Assembly: GCA_038065275.1 (NCBI GenBank)
Contig: JBBTRH010000013.1
Location: forward strand, 32,106 to 96,105
Origin: Patescibacteria group bacterium
GTDB taxonomy: Bacteria; Patescibacteriota; Patescibacteriia; SBBC01; CAIJZX01
Reading direction: 5' to 3'
Length of the DNA stretch: 64,000 nt
Of this stretch, positions 36,644 through 47,409 are shown one piece after another. The notes beneath the pieces were generated by a model. The model searched no databases and was not told the DNA's origin. It was given only the letters and a program-made list of their open reading frames with translations. The position numbers were made by a program, and so were the translations under genes. How positions within the stretch are numbered: position 1 is the stretch's first letter; every line of letters starts with the position of its first letter.

Positions 36644-39600
36644 TTATTTGTTTAGCTTATCAATCTCCCCCATTATTCGTCCGGTTTCGAGTAGCGCCAC
36701 GATCATCTGCTGATAATGCTCAATGTCTTCGTTGGTCAGGGTACGGCCTTTGCGGTCTTTCAGCCACTTTTGCGCCGGTTGATACCCGCCGATATAGAAA
36801 TTCCATGCTAATTCAGGAACTTGGCCGAAATACTGCTCGGTATTAATGAACACTTTGTTGTCTTTGTATGCTATTTTCTCGACCATATCCGATCCGGTCG
36901 CCGGATAGGTTGTAATGAATTTATTCACCTGCGGCGATTCGAGCAGGTGGAGCAACCGCAATTCGGTCCCTAGTGCTACTAGTTTTTTGAAAGTTATTGC
37001 ATCTTTCGGATACGGTACTCTAGGAAAATCAATCTTTAGAAATTCTTTGTATTTATCGCGATAACTCGGTGAGTGTAAAACGGCGTAAATATAATCAAGG
37101 ATATTTTCCGGCGTTACTTTACCGACCCTTTTTTCTATATCGCTAACAATTTCTTTTATTAGATTTGGTGTTTTTGTGCCATCTTCATAATAGAGGTACA
37201 ACGGAAAAAAGCGAGAATTATCAAAAGGAGAAATGGCGTCTTTGTCTAGTATCTTGTTAGAAACAAAAACATTGTTCACGTTCCCTCTGCGCGAGTTTCT
37301 TACTGTAATCAATGAGAGATTTGCATTCAACATGCTTTTCATTAAAGGAGATCTCGGGTAGGCCATGAAACCCTTTGTTTTTCCGGAATAATAGGTAAAG
37401 CGTTGTTCAAATGGATGATAGGTAACCTGCACGATTTGGCCTTTCCCCCCTTGAACATCTTCCCTAGCTAGATTAACCGTCCAATCCCTTCCATCGTCAG
37501 CTATATCGTATTTGGATCGTAGTTCTTTTATTTCAAGGTTGGTAAAATCGTTCAAAACATTGGCAATCTCATTGTTAGTAAATTGATATACCAGACCATC
37601 TCGCTTAGTTTGTATTCCAGAGTTAAATTCATTAAAAACTTCGTCGATTTTCAATCCTTTTCGATATTCTTCTTCATCGTTAAAATCTTTCGGCACAAAG
37701 AAATAATTCGGCTCCGGACAATCGAGTTTTACCCATTTGAGATTTTTAATATCGCTTTCATTAAGCTTGGTGAATTTATCTTCCCGCTTACCGTAAATTT
37801 CCGCGTGATGAACCTGGCCAAGGCCGGTTTTCTCTTTCGCGGTGCGGACAAAGATGGATATCGCGACGCCCTGCTGGATGTCGAACACGTTCTCGTCTTG
37901 TCCCCCGTCCGGAGCTTGTTCTTTCTTTTTGGAGTTGCCGTGCAAGTCAAGAATGTAAACATCGTCAAATGTTTCCAACAGGTGCTTTCGCATCTGGCGG
38001 TGCGTAATGCCGTCGATATAGGAATTATTGGTGATCATGGCGACGACGCCGCTCTTGTTTTTCTCGATAAAATGTTCGGCGTAGCGAATAAACTTAATGT
38101 AATCGTCGTCCAGGTTGATTTTCCGCTCGCCTAGTCCGCGTTTATAGTCCTGGATCAAATTCTGTATCCACGCGCCCTTGTTCGACGAGCTGACGCTGTA
38201 CGGCGGATTGCCGATAACCACCATGATCGGTGTGTCGTTCTTGATGACCGCCGCGCTTTTCGCTTCCTCGGCGATCGCGCCGCCGAAACCCAGGCTGAAG
38301 ATTTCGCCCTGGGGTTTTGGATCCTCAAGCGAATTCGTGAGAAATACTTTCAGGCGGGTCTTGCCGTTTCGTGTTTCATTAAAGTGCTTGAACCCGGTAT
38401 CCCGCAGCTTCATGCTGATCTTGAGGTGCGCAATCGTATATGGCACCATCATCAGCTCGAAGCCATGCAATCGTGGTAGTAGCTCATGGTGTACATATGA
38501 CGGCCAGCCGCCGCCTTGCCCGTGTTCCTGATACGCCTGGTATATCTTGTCGATCGTGGCGCTGATGAACGTTCCGGTGCCCGCCGCAGGATCAAGGATT
38601 TGTACCTTATGCTTCCCGTCATCTAGCTTAGCTGTATCCGCCAAGCCCCGCGCCAAGCCGAAATCCCGGCGCAGAATCTCGTCAACAGAGCGGATGATGA
38701 AATTCACGACCGGCAGCGGCGTATAGTACGCGCCCATCCGTTTGCGTAAGACAGGATCGTATTCTTTTAGGAAGTCCTCGTAGAAATGAATGATCGGATC
38801 GGCGTCGTCCAGAAACTCCTCGACCAGTTTCTTGATATCGGCGTGCTGGAACACCTCGCAGAGCTCGTCCACAATGTAGCCGAGCCGCTTGTCGAAATTT
38901 ACCCCGGCGATATGGTCGAAGAATTGTTTTAGGAACGGATTCGACGCGGGCACCAGCTGGTCGGCTTCCTGTCGCGAAAACGTGGCGGGAGTTTCATCGT
39001 TATACCGCGCCGTGAACAGTCCGTACACCAGGGTCTGGGCATACATGTCGGCAAACGCGTCAATGGTCAGGTCGTGGACCAGCATTTTCTTGATCGCTTC
39101 GTACAACTGCATAATTTCCGTGTTTTTTTCCGATTCATGCGACAGAAACTGCCGCGCGTTGTCGCGAATGCGCTGACCTTTGCCGCCCATGATCTTAGCC
39201 AGGTGTTTTCCCGATTTGATCGGTTCTTTGTGCGACTGCGCGAAATCCACCGAGGTTTTCGCCAGATGTTCGTACTCGGCCGGAACTGGCGTGATGGTGC
39301 GCTGTTTTAGGTCGTGCTTCGCGATTACGATCGGCTCTTCATACCGCAAGCCGTTGCGATAAAAACGGAATTCGACATAATCCGTCAGCACCAAATTGGC
39401 GTAGCCGTAATATCGCGCCATTTGTTCCGACTTTTCGATTTTATCTAGCGGCACGCCGATATCTTTAACCTCAATGTACAAAATCGGCACGTCGTGGCTG
39501 AGCACAACAAAATCAGGTTTATTGCCCTGTCGAGCTTTCGCGTCATGCAAAATATGGACATTTTTGACCGCGGCAAAAACCTCTTTTAGCAGAGTTTCGA

Positions 39601-39688
39601 AATCAGCGCGGTAGCCCATTTCGCTCGTTTCTTCGCGCGCGAACTTGGCGGCCACGGACTGCAGGTACTGTTCAAACACATTCGACAT
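36644..39688 (-). CDS. Single-chain RM enzyme (N6-adenine MTase + nuclease, Type IIG/ISP-like specificity C-terminus)
   Basis: PDF..IEVK, YYTP, DPAAGTGTF, GNPPY, LDLHGN, DFPRVP, YIGGYQPAQKWLKDRK. Confidence 0.9.
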   Translation of the reverse strand: MSNVFEQYLQSVAAKFAREETSEMGYRADFETLLKEVFAAVKNVHILHDAKARQGNKPDFVVLSHDVPILYIEVKDIGVPLDKIEKSEQMARYYGYANLVLTDYVEFRFYRNGLRYEEPIVIAKHDLKQRTITPVPAEYEHLAKTSVDFAQSHKEPIKSGKHLAKIMGGKGQRIRDNARQFLSHESEKNTEIMQLYEAIKKMLVHDLTIDAFADMYAQTLVYGLFTARYNDETPATFSRQEADQLVPASNPFLKQFFDHIAGVNFDKRLGYIVDELCEVFQHADIKKLVEEFLDDADPIIHFYEDFLKEYDPVLRKRMGAYYTPLPVVNFIIRSVDEILRRDFGLARGLADTAKLDDGKHKVQILDPAAGTGTFISATIDKIYQAYQEHGQGGGWPSYVHHELLPRLHGFELMMVPYTIAHLKISMKLRDTGFKHFNETRNGKTRLKVFLTNSLEDPKPQGEIFSLGFGGAIAEEAKSAAVIKNDTPIMVVIGNPPYSVSSSNKGAWIQNLIQDYKRGLGERKINLDDDYIKFIRYAEHFIEKNKSGVVAMITNNSYIDGITHRQMRKHLLETFDDVYILDLHGNSKKKEQAPDGGQDENVFDIQQGVAISIFVRTAKEKTGLGQVHHAEIYGKREDKFTKLNESDIKNLKWVKLDCPEPNYFFVPKDFNDEEEYRKGLKIDEVFNEFNSGIQTKRDGLVYQFTNNEIANVLNDFTNLEIKELRSKYDIADDGRDWTVNLAREDVQGGKGQIVQVTYHPFEQRFTYYSGKTKGFMAYPRSPLMKSMLNANLSLITVRNSRRGNVNNVFVSNKILDKDAISPFDNSRFFPLYLYYEDGTKTPNLIKEIVSDIEKRVGKVTPENILDYIYAVLHSPSYRDKYKEFLKIDFPRVPYPKDAITFKKLVALGTELRLLHLLESPQVNKFITTYPATGSDMVEKIAYKDNKVFINTEQYFGQVPELAWNFYIGGYQPAQKWLKDRKGRTLTNEDIEHYQQMIVALLETGRIMGEIDKLNK

Positions 39689-39950
39689 GGCTCAAGCCTA
39701 CCACAACACTAAGAAAAAACGAACACCGGTCTCGGCCTAGAGAAAAGTGCTGCCCTCTCCTGCCCAGAGCGGAGGATGCGAGATTCCCCGTACCACTCCG
39801 CTACGCTCCGGGTGCGTGGCAGGCGAACTCCCGATACCTTGCCGTCTACTCCCCTTATTCGTCCGGCGCGGAGGGCGAGACCCCGCACTATGCGCTTCGC
39901 GCAAATGCGGAGCAAGGATTCGAACGAAGTTACTTCAGATTCGGGCCGGG

Positions 39951-40035
39951 CGGAGAGAGAGGGATTCGAACCCTCGAACCCTTGCGGGTTGCACGCTTTC
40001 CAAGCGTGTGCACTCGACCACTATGCGATCTCTCC
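39951..40035 (-). tRNA. tRNA-Ser(GGA)
   Basis: GGAGAGA acceptor, CACGC-TTGGAAA-GCGTG, long variable arm, GGTTCGAATCC. Confidence 0.95.
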
Positions 40036-40384
40036 GCCCGGCCCATATCTTTCTAACGCGTTTAACTAGAAAATCACATACGACATTTTTCTTTCGGCGG
40101 AATATTCACGTTCGGTTTCACCGGAAAAGTATATGCATTAGACCACGGCGCCTGTCCCGAATCCGAGTGTAACGAGGGCTTCGAGACGAACCCTCCGCTC
40201 CGCGCAAAACTCGAATGTACTTTCTACTAACTTGTATTGTAATATCCTTGTTCACGGCAGGTGTCACCCTCCGTGTCAACAGACAGTAGTCTACCATAGG
40301 CCAAATGTCAACGGAAAGAAAAAACTCCCGCCGTGGAACGTCAGACGTTCCGGGGAACGGGAGTACGGCATGATGGAGGACGAT

Positions 40385-40768
40385 TCAGGTCGAGATGAAC
40401 GGCGGGGTGGCGGCGGGAACGGTGTCCGCGGACGGCGCGGCGATCGGAGTCTGAAGGCTGATCGCTTCGATCTTGTCCGGCAGTTCGTCGACCGTCCAGC
40501 CATCAGCCAGGTTGGGCGGCGCATACTTCGCCAGGACCGAGCGCGCCGATCGGCGGCACTCGGCCAACTTGCGCTGGAGCACCGAGCTGTGCGGATGAAG
40601 CTGGGCCAGGTGGACAGCCCGCAGATAACACCGCAGGGGACCCGCTTGCTGGCCTTCGATGGCCGTCAAGCGAATGCTCAGCATGCGGCTGAAACCAGCC
40701 GACTGCAACAGGGACTGGGTGCGGCCGATCCGCTGTTCGAACTCGTCCGGACCGTTCTGGGTGTCCAT
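40385..40768 (-). CDS. Hypothetical protein
   Basis: 127 aa; GGAGG SD upstream and a TTGACA-17-TAGGGT promoter. Confidence 0.55.
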   Translation of the reverse strand: MDTQNGPDEFEQRIGRTQSLLQSAGFSRMLSIRLTAIEGQQAGPLRCYLRAVHLAQLHPHSSVLQRKLAECRRSARSVLAKYAPPNLADGWTVDELPDKIEAISLQTPIAAPSADTVPAATPPFIST

Positions 40769-40876
40769 GTTGACTACCCTCCGTGCAGGTCAACACCGAT
40801 AAGAATGGGCGGTACGACGCCGACCACAAAGCCGACGCAATGGACGTACCCTACCCGAAGTACGTTGCGCTGTCAA

Positions 40877-40987
40877 CCCAGCACCACCCAGCACCACTTT
40901 TGTCTAGTTTTAGCGTGCGTTAGGTATCTTGCTTTCTAAGTATAATGAGTTTTTCTGTGGCAAAAAGCAAGGAAAAGTGGTGCTGGG
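40877..40987. mobile_element. MITE-like element family B (CCCAGCACCACTTT IR), copy B1
   Basis: Near-identical to 50409-50509; 10-bp left-end duplication; flanks tcaa/ttaa. Confidence 0.85.
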
Positions 40988-40996
40988 TTAACCCCG

Positions 40997-43009
40997 TTAG
41001 AGCCGTCGGTCAGCCGACCGGCTGAGTTGCCTTGCCCCTGCCAGGGGGCTGACTGCCCCGCCGGCGGCTCGCAGGTCAGTGACCGCGGCCGGCGGCGTGA
41101 CGTCGACGCTCAAGAGGAACAACGCGTCGGATGAGTTTGCCGTGACGCTGGTCGCCACGGAACCGTCATTCACCTCGGGCGCCGCCGTCCCCAGGATTTT
41201 TTGATAGGGTTTTTCCAGCGTCACCGTCTGCGGCGCGGCTGACGGATTGACCAGCACCGCGCCGTGATCGAAGTCGCGCCGGTAGACGTTAGTCAGCCCC
41301 GTTTGGAAATGCACGTCATCGAGCCAGACGGCGCCGGCCGCCGCCGCCAAGTCGAAGCGGACCGTGGCGTTGGCGTTTGCGGTTGACGGCGTCAGCGGCA
41401 GTTGATACTGTCGCCATGCGGTCGTGATCGGCAGGCTGACGGTGCCCGCTCCGCCGGTGTCAAGCACGAGGTCAATCGTCCGCGCCGCCGAGGCTTTAGC
41501 CCAGAACGTCAGGCCGTAGGTCAGCCCGGCGGTGACGGGAAAAGTGTCAGTCGCCGCGACCGAGGTGAAATTGTGGAACGAGCTGCTTTGACCGACGTCG
41601 GCGCGGAGACTGCGAGCGCCGACTGCTACGGTCGAATCATCAGTCGTGATCGTCGACTGGGTCGCGGGGGCCGTGACCGCCGTCCAGCCGGCCAGCCCGT
41701 TTTCGAATCCGTTATTCGCTGTTATCAAGTCGGCGGCCGGATTAAGCCAGACCATCTGGTAAGCCTCGGTCGTCGGTTGTCCGAGCCAACCGGTATCGCT
41801 CGCATTCGTGGTCGATCGGCCGGTCGCCAGGTTAACGGCGTATTCGTCATACCACCATTGATCGTACCGGAAGCCGTTGAGGCGCGGGTCCGTGACGCGA
41901 GCGCCGTTGCCGAAAAAACTGAATCCCGCTCCGAGTGAAGCGCTACCCAACCCAAAACGTTCCAGTCGGCGGTCGATCGCCGTGGTCCCGGTCGTGGAAG
42001 CGGCGTTCGATGAGATGAAGTTGTATTGCGGAGCTCGATAGCGGAGTTTGTCTTGAAAGTAGCCGCCGACTGGCCAGTACATGTTCGTGTACCAGGTCCC
42101 GCCCTCTTGTTGGGGGAAATACTCCTGCATCCAGCCGTTAAACGATCCATAGAGGCGGGGCGCGCCGGGAGTGCAGTTGCCGCTGATGATGAAATTCGGG
42201 TCGTCGATCAACGACCGGACTGTCTCTCCGAGAATGGTCTGCCCGTTGGTCCAGCCCTGAAAGAATTCCGCCGCCGAAACGTAACCGGCGCGGACGTAGT
42301 CAAATTTCTTGGTCGGCGTTTCGATCCACGGAATATCCGGGCAATAGACATCAAGAAACAGGCCGTCCCAGAGCCGCTGGCCAGCCGCATTGCGGGCATT
42401 GGCGACGGTGCCGGCCATCAGCTGGGCGATTGCCGCCGCCGTGGTGTAGGTGTATGAACCGTCCGGATTTTGAATCCGTTTAGCCAGATTGACGTTCACC
42501 AGATCGGCGTCGGTCGAGTGAATGCTCGGGTCGGCCGGCGGGTCGCTTTGGTAGTAGAGCCAACTGGCGTTCGGGCCGGGCGTCGGTCCCGCCCCGTCGT
42601 TGATCAACGTCCAGTACTGCTTGAACCAAGTGGATGAGTCGTAGTTGCCATACCAGATAAGGTGACCCAAAACATAGGCCAAGAGCTTGATCGCGGGGTT
42701 TCGTTGTCGCAATTGGCCGATCACGTCGGGGCGCAGATCAGTCAGCGGCGTGGCATCGATCGTCACCAACTGGTATTTCGCCGTTTGATCCAACGTTGAG
42801 GCGTTGAGCGTGCCGTCGTCGTTGAGTAGCGGCCAGCCCGAGGCCCGCACGCTGTCGTAGAGCCCCAGCCGCGGATAATTCAACTCTCCGCCCGCCGACA
42901 CCGGACCGGCCTGGACAATCGGGGTTTGGTGTGTACCGCTGATCAGCCACGCCGCCAACCCAAGCAAGCCAGTGATGATTACAATCGGGACGCGCAGTTT
43001 TATCGACAT
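40997..43009 (-). CDS. Secreted putative glycoside hydrolase with CBM4/9-like domain
   Basis: Signal peptide, WDGLFLD, NGWMQE, WWYDEY, NNGFENG, VYRRDFDHGAVLVNP. Confidence 0.75.
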   Translation of the reverse strand: MSIKLRVPIVIITGLLGLAAWLISGTHQTPIVQAGPVSAGGELNYPRLGLYDSVRASGWPLLNDDGTLNASTLDQTAKYQLVTIDATPLTDLRPDVIGQLRQRNPAIKLLAYVLGHLIWYGNYDSSTWFKQYWTLINDGAGPTPGPNASWLYYQSDPPADPSIHSTDADLVNVNLAKRIQNPDGSYTYTTAAAIAQLMAGTVANARNAAGQRLWDGLFLDVYCPDIPWIETPTKKFDYVRAGYVSAAEFFQGWTNGQTILGETVRSLIDDPNFIISGNCTPGAPRLYGSFNGWMQEYFPQQEGGTWYTNMYWPVGGYFQDKLRYRAPQYNFISSNAASTTGTTAIDRRLERFGLGSASLGAGFSFFGNGARVTDPRLNGFRYDQWWYDEYAVNLATGRSTTNASDTGWLGQPTTEAYQMVWLNPAADLITANNGFENGLAGWTAVTAPATQSTITTDDSTVAVGARSLRADVGQSSSFHNFTSVAATDTFPVTAGLTYGLTFWAKASAARTIDLVLDTGGAGTVSLPITTAWRQYQLPLTPSTANANATVRFDLAAAAGAVWLDDVHFQTGLTNVYRRDFDHGAVLVNPSAAPQTVTLEKPYQKILGTAAPEVNDGSVATSVTANSSDALFLLSVDVTPPAAVTDLRAAGGAVSPLAGARQLSRSADRRL

Positions 43010-43035
43010 CGTGCGATTATGTAGGTGGGCGAAGT

Positions 43036-44358
43036 TTATTGGTCGCCTTTATCCGTTTCAAACCTAGAACCATACTTCTGTTTGATGTATCTGACAATAT
43101 GACGGTACTTGCTCGGCCGGAGAATGTAGGTGGCCCCACGGATGTCACGTTCGGCTTGCGGACCGTACATTCTGGCCAATTCATGCGCCTCGACGATGTG
43201 CCGCAGAACTGTTCGTAACGATTCGCCAAAACCGCTCGCGGTCTTCATCGCTAAGAAGGCTAACTCACTATCAGGATTTTCTCTGGCGATGGCTTCAAGC
43301 GCGCCGGCGCACTCCCACGCCTCCTTACCGGCCGTCGACCCATACTTAGCCATCAGGCTGAATGAAGGGTTAGTCTTCAGGGGTAGTGTCATGGGTTTCT
43401 CGTTTAAAAAGACTTCCGGGTGTTTCGACATTTCCGCCCGTAGCCCGTCGTATCCGGCTAACAATTCGTCATGCAATAAGTCCACTAATTTTTCGGCTGG
43501 CCGTTCTAATAGTTCTTTCAGGCTTTGTCGCTCACTATTGAGAATAACCTCCGGCGCATGTATCTCCTCAAGTTTGCGTAGGCGCTCGTATCTGCTCTTG
43601 ATGAGTCGGGCCGGTTCACCGTGCCAAATGGGTGCCGCGTCCACAATGTTGTGCAGTCGTTCATGTTCAATAGTCGCCTTTGTCGCGATGCCTCGATCAG
43701 TCGCGTAGGAAAATGGTGAGTCATGGGAATGATACCCGGTGGCGCCAGGATATTGTGCGTCGATGTACTCTGGCACCATCACAAAGGTCACGCCAAAGGT
43801 ATCGAAAACTATGCGCTGTATTGATGAGCGATCAACCGGCGCGCCTTGGGCCTCAGTTGCGTCACGGAGCAAGCCGGCCCGATCGTGACGATAGCGGGCG
43901 ACGCGTTCAGCTTTTTCTGCCAGTCGGGCCGTCAGCCGGTCTAAATCCAAACGAAAAAGAAAATCGTCGTCGTGCTCGATATCATCCATCCGTTTGCTGA
44001 CCGCCCTCAACTCCTCATCATCACGCTCCACTTGAGCAAGTTGTTCCTCGGTCATATCCTCTATTTCTTGGTCGCTGCCCCCTTTCGTCAACTCTTCGTG
44101 CCGAACCGCTAGTCGGCTCCATTCATCTCGCCGTTGGATTTCCGAATCTGACGCATCGGCCCATAAGTGCGACCGAAAGTCTTTCAACTTACGCCGGGCT
44201 TCATCCGATTTCGGCGCGAACATTTCCTGGTCGACGATCGACTGAACCTCTAAAGCCTGCCCAACTCGTTTGTCCAGTTGGACGAACAGCTTCTCACGAC
44301 GGCTTTCCGAATGCTTCTCTTCCGGGCTATTCGGATGGTATCTTTCCGATCCATTCAT
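43036..44358 (-). CDS. Hypothetical protein with HExxH motif
   Basis: 440 aa, coiled-coil N-half, TIEHERLH. Confidence 0.65.
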   Translation of the reverse strand: MNGSERYHPNSPEEKHSESRREKLFVQLDKRVGQALEVQSIVDQEMFAPKSDEARRKLKDFRSHLWADASDSEIQRRDEWSRLAVRHEELTKGGSDQEIEDMTEEQLAQVERDDEELRAVSKRMDDIEHDDDFLFRLDLDRLTARLAEKAERVARYRHDRAGLLRDATEAQGAPVDRSSIQRIVFDTFGVTFVMVPEYIDAQYPGATGYHSHDSPFSYATDRGIATKATIEHERLHNIVDAAPIWHGEPARLIKSRYERLRKLEEIHAPEVILNSERQSLKELLERPAEKLVDLLHDELLAGYDGLRAEMSKHPEVFLNEKPMTLPLKTNPSFSLMAKYGSTAGKEAWECAGALEAIARENPDSELAFLAMKTASGFGESLRTVLRHIVEAHELARMYGPQAERDIRGATYILRPSKYRHIVRYIKQKYGSRFETDKGDQ

Positions 44359-44379
44359 GGCGCATCACCAGACCGAATA

Positions 44380-46770
44380 TCATGTTCTAAGCTTCTCGTT
44401 CAGCATCTGGGTCGTCTTGATTACCGTATCCGGATTGAGCGACATCGAATCAATGCCTTGTTGGGCTAGGAACAGCGCGATATCGGGATAATCGGATGGC
44501 GCTTGGCCGCAGAAACCGATTTTTCGGCCGGCGGCTTTGGCGCCTTTAATGCCCTTGGCGAACATGGCCATGACCGCGGGATTATGTTCGTCGTAGATGT
44601 GACTGACGATTTCCGAGTCGCGATCAACGGCTAAGGTGAACTGGGTCAGGTCGTTCGAACCGATCGAGAAGCCGTCAAAGATTTTGGCAAATTCGTCGAC
44701 GAGAATCACATTCGATGGCACTTCCATCATGCAGTAGACCTGCAGACCGTTCCGGCCGCGGATTAGTCCGTTCTCGGCCATGAGTTTAAGCACTCTCTCG
44801 CCTTCTTCGACCGACCGGCACATCGGGATCATCAGCTTTAAGTTGGTCAGGCCCATTTTTTCCCGGACGATGCGCATGGCCTTCAGTTCCAAGACGAACG
44901 CTTCCTGGTATTCCTGGCTGTAGTACCGCGCGGCGCCGCGCCAGCCCATCATCGGGTTGTCCTCCTCCGGTTCAAACTCTTTCCCGCCGATCAGCGTCGC
45001 GTACTCGTTGGTCTTGAAGTCCGACAAACGCAAGATGACGTCTTTCGGATAGAAGGCGGCGGCGATCATCGCCGCGCCGGAAGCCAACTTGTCGACATAA
45101 AATTTCGTCTTGTCCGCGTAGCCGGCTGTCCGCCCCGCAATCAGCTTCTTGGCGCGCTTGTCTTTCAGCCGCGGATATTTGATCAACGCCATCGGGTGGA
45201 TGCCGATCCACGAGGCGGTGATGAACTCCTCGCGGGCCAGGCCGACGCCGTCGTTCGGAATGAGACTCTGGGCGAAGGCTTGGTCGGGATTGCCGACGTT
45301 CATCATGATCTTGATCGGCGGACGCTTGAGAGCCTTCAGGTTATGAGTGACGACCTTGAACTTCAACGCACCGGCATAAACCGCCCCGCTTGATCCTTCC
45401 GAACAGCTGACGGTCACCTCCTGGCCGGTTTTGATCGCCCTAGTAGCATTCTTGGTGCCGACCATGGCCGGAATGCCGAGCTCGCGGGCGATAATGGCGG
45501 CGTGGCAGGTCCGGCCGCCGCGGTTGGTGACGATGGCCGCCGCAATCTTCATGATCGGTTCCCAATCCGGGTCGGTCATGTCCGTCACCAGCACTTCGCC
45601 GGCCTTGAACTGGCTGATGTGTTTAGCATCGAGGATGACGCGCGCTCGGCCGACGCCGATTTTCGTTCCGACCGGCGCGCCGGTCACTAACGGCTTGGCT
45701 TTGGTCGGCGCCAGCCGATATTCTTCCAAGACGTCACGGTTGGCGTGAGAATGCACGGTCTCCGGACGAGCTTGAACGATGAATAGATGCTTTGATCTTC
45801 CGTCCTTGGCCCACTCCATGTCCATCGGTTTGCCGTAGTGCCGTTCGATAATCACCGCCCATTTGGCAAGTTGTTCGATTTCCCGGTCGGACAGTATGAA
45901 TTTCGTCCGGTCGGCCGGCGGCACCGGAATGTTCTTGGTCGGGTGCTTGTGGTCGCCGGTATAGATCATTTTGATCAGCTTGTCGCCCATCTTGTGGGTC
46001 AGGATGGCGTGTTTGCCTTGAGAGAGCGTCGGCTTGAACACGTAGAACTCATCCGGGTTGACCCGGCCAAGGACGACGTTTTCGCCCAGGCCCCACGACC
46101 CGGTCAGCAAGACGGCGTCGCGAAAACCCGACTCCGTATCAATCGAAAACATCACGCCCGAACAGGCTTTATCGGACCGAACCATTTTTTCCACCGCCGC
46201 GCTCAAGCCGATCGAGAAGTGATCAAATCCTTTGTCGTGCCGATAGGAAATGGCGCGGTTGGTGAACAGTGAGGCGAAACATTTCTTGACCGCCAGAAGA
46301 AGATCGGCCTCGCCGCGGATATTGAGGTATGTTTCCTGCTGGCCGGCAAACGAAGCGTCCGGCAGATCCTCAGCGGTGGCGGAAGAACGGACCGCTACAT
46401 CGACATTAGTAAAAAATTCTTTTTCCAGTTTTCGATAATTCGCCACGATTACCCTCTTCAGATCGGGCGGCAGTTCAGCGGCCAAGATGGTATTCCGCAC
46501 TTTTTCTCCGCGCTCCGATAAATTTTTCATGTCCGAAGTATCAAGGTCGCGCAATATTTTTTTTATTTCCTGCTTGATGCCCGCTGTTTTCAGGAAGTGA
46601 AAATAGGCGGTCGCGGTGACCGCAAAACCGTTTGGAATACGCACGCCTTTCGGCATCAGCAACGAATACATTTCCCCCAGTGAAGCATTTTTTCCGCCGA
46701 CCAAAGGTACATCGGTGTTGCGTAGGTCTTTGAACCAGAGCACGAGCTGTTTGCGGCGGGACGTAGGCAT
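44380..46770 (-). CDS. ppsA: Phosphoenolpyruvate synthase
   Basis: VGGKNASLGEM, RSSATAEDL, GGRTCHAAI, SDFKTNEY, SIGSNDLTQ. Confidence 0.97.
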   Translation of the reverse strand: MPTSRRKQLVLWFKDLRNTDVPLVGGKNASLGEMYSLLMPKGVRIPNGFAVTATAYFHFLKTAGIKQEIKKILRDLDTSDMKNLSERGEKVRNTILAAELPPDLKRVIVANYRKLEKEFFTNVDVAVRSSATAEDLPDASFAGQQETYLNIRGEADLLLAVKKCFASLFTNRAISYRHDKGFDHFSIGLSAAVEKMVRSDKACSGVMFSIDTESGFRDAVLLTGSWGLGENVVLGRVNPDEFYVFKPTLSQGKHAILTHKMGDKLIKMIYTGDHKHPTKNIPVPPADRTKFILSDREIEQLAKWAVIIERHYGKPMDMEWAKDGRSKHLFIVQARPETVHSHANRDVLEEYRLAPTKAKPLVTGAPVGTKIGVGRARVILDAKHISQFKAGEVLVTDMTDPDWEPIMKIAAAIVTNRGGRTCHAAIIARELGIPAMVGTKNATRAIKTGQEVTVSCSEGSSGAVYAGALKFKVVTHNLKALKRPPIKIMMNVGNPDQAFAQSLIPNDGVGLAREEFITASWIGIHPMALIKYPRLKDKRAKKLIAGRTAGYADKTKFYVDKLASGAAMIAAAFYPKDVILRLSDFKTNEYATLIGGKEFEPEEDNPMMGWRGAARYYSQEYQEAFVLELKAMRIVREKMGLTNLKLMIPMCRSVEEGERVLKLMAENGLIRGRNGLQVYCMMEVPSNVILVDEFAKIFDGFSIGSNDLTQFTLAVDRDSEIVSHIYDEHNPAVMAMFAKGIKGAKAAGRKIGFCGQAPSDYPDIALFLAQQGIDSMSLNPDTVIKTTQMLNEKLRT

Positions 46771-46780
46771 GGGATGCGGG

Positions 46781-47194
46781 TTAGTGTTTCGATTGACGAA
46801 TCAGGGTGATGATCAAGACCGTACTGACCGCCGCCAGCGCGGCCAGGACCGTCGTCAGGACGGTCTCGACGATGATCAGCAGGCCGTTGGTGATGGTCGG
46901 GTTAAGGATATACTTGCTGACCGAGGCGGCCAAGCCCAGGCCAATGCCAGCAAAGACGCCAGTGGTCAAGCTCTCGACTTTTCCGCCGTCCCGCCGCGCC
47001 ACCAGCCAAGCCAGGCCGATGACCGCTAGCGCTTCGACGGCGACGATCAACTCGCGGCGCTGTTGGGCAAGGACCAGCAGAGCGACGAGTAACATGGCGC
47101 CGATCATCCAGCGGCGAATCAGCCCGACATACCGATCGACGCTCCATTTTCCGATCATCGCCCGGGTCGGCGGTAACGTCTGGGTATCGGTCAT
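46781..47194 (-). CDS. Small membrane protein (4 TM)
   Basis: Start at MTDTQ behind TTGAAA-17-TATACT. Confidence 0.75.
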   Translation of the reverse strand: MTDTQTLPPTRAMIGKWSVDRYVGLIRRWMIGAMLLVALLVLAQQRRELIVAVEALAVIGLAWLVARRDGGKVESLTTGVFAGIGLGLAASVSKYILNPTITNGLLIIVETVLTTVLAALAAVSTVLIITLIRQSKH

Positions 47195-47236
47195 GGCCGC
47201 AGTATAACATCTTTTCGGCTCAATTTCAACGCGTAG

Positions 47237-47339
47237 CCCAGCACCACTTTGGCTCCAATAATGTCTTATACCATATTCATGTTTTATGAAAAAACAGCAA
47301 TACCGTATATCTCCGTGAATCGACCAAAGTGGTGCTGGG
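47237..47339. mobile_element. MITE-like element family B, copy B2 (different interior)
   Basis: 16-bp IR cccagcaccactttgg / ccaaagtggtgctggg abutting TTGACA-17-TAGAGT. Confidence 0.8.
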
Positions 47340-47409
47340 TTGACAACGCCGGTAACCGGCGATAGAGTCAGCCACAACGTTGCTCGTCGACAACTTCGGA
47401 GGGTTCATA

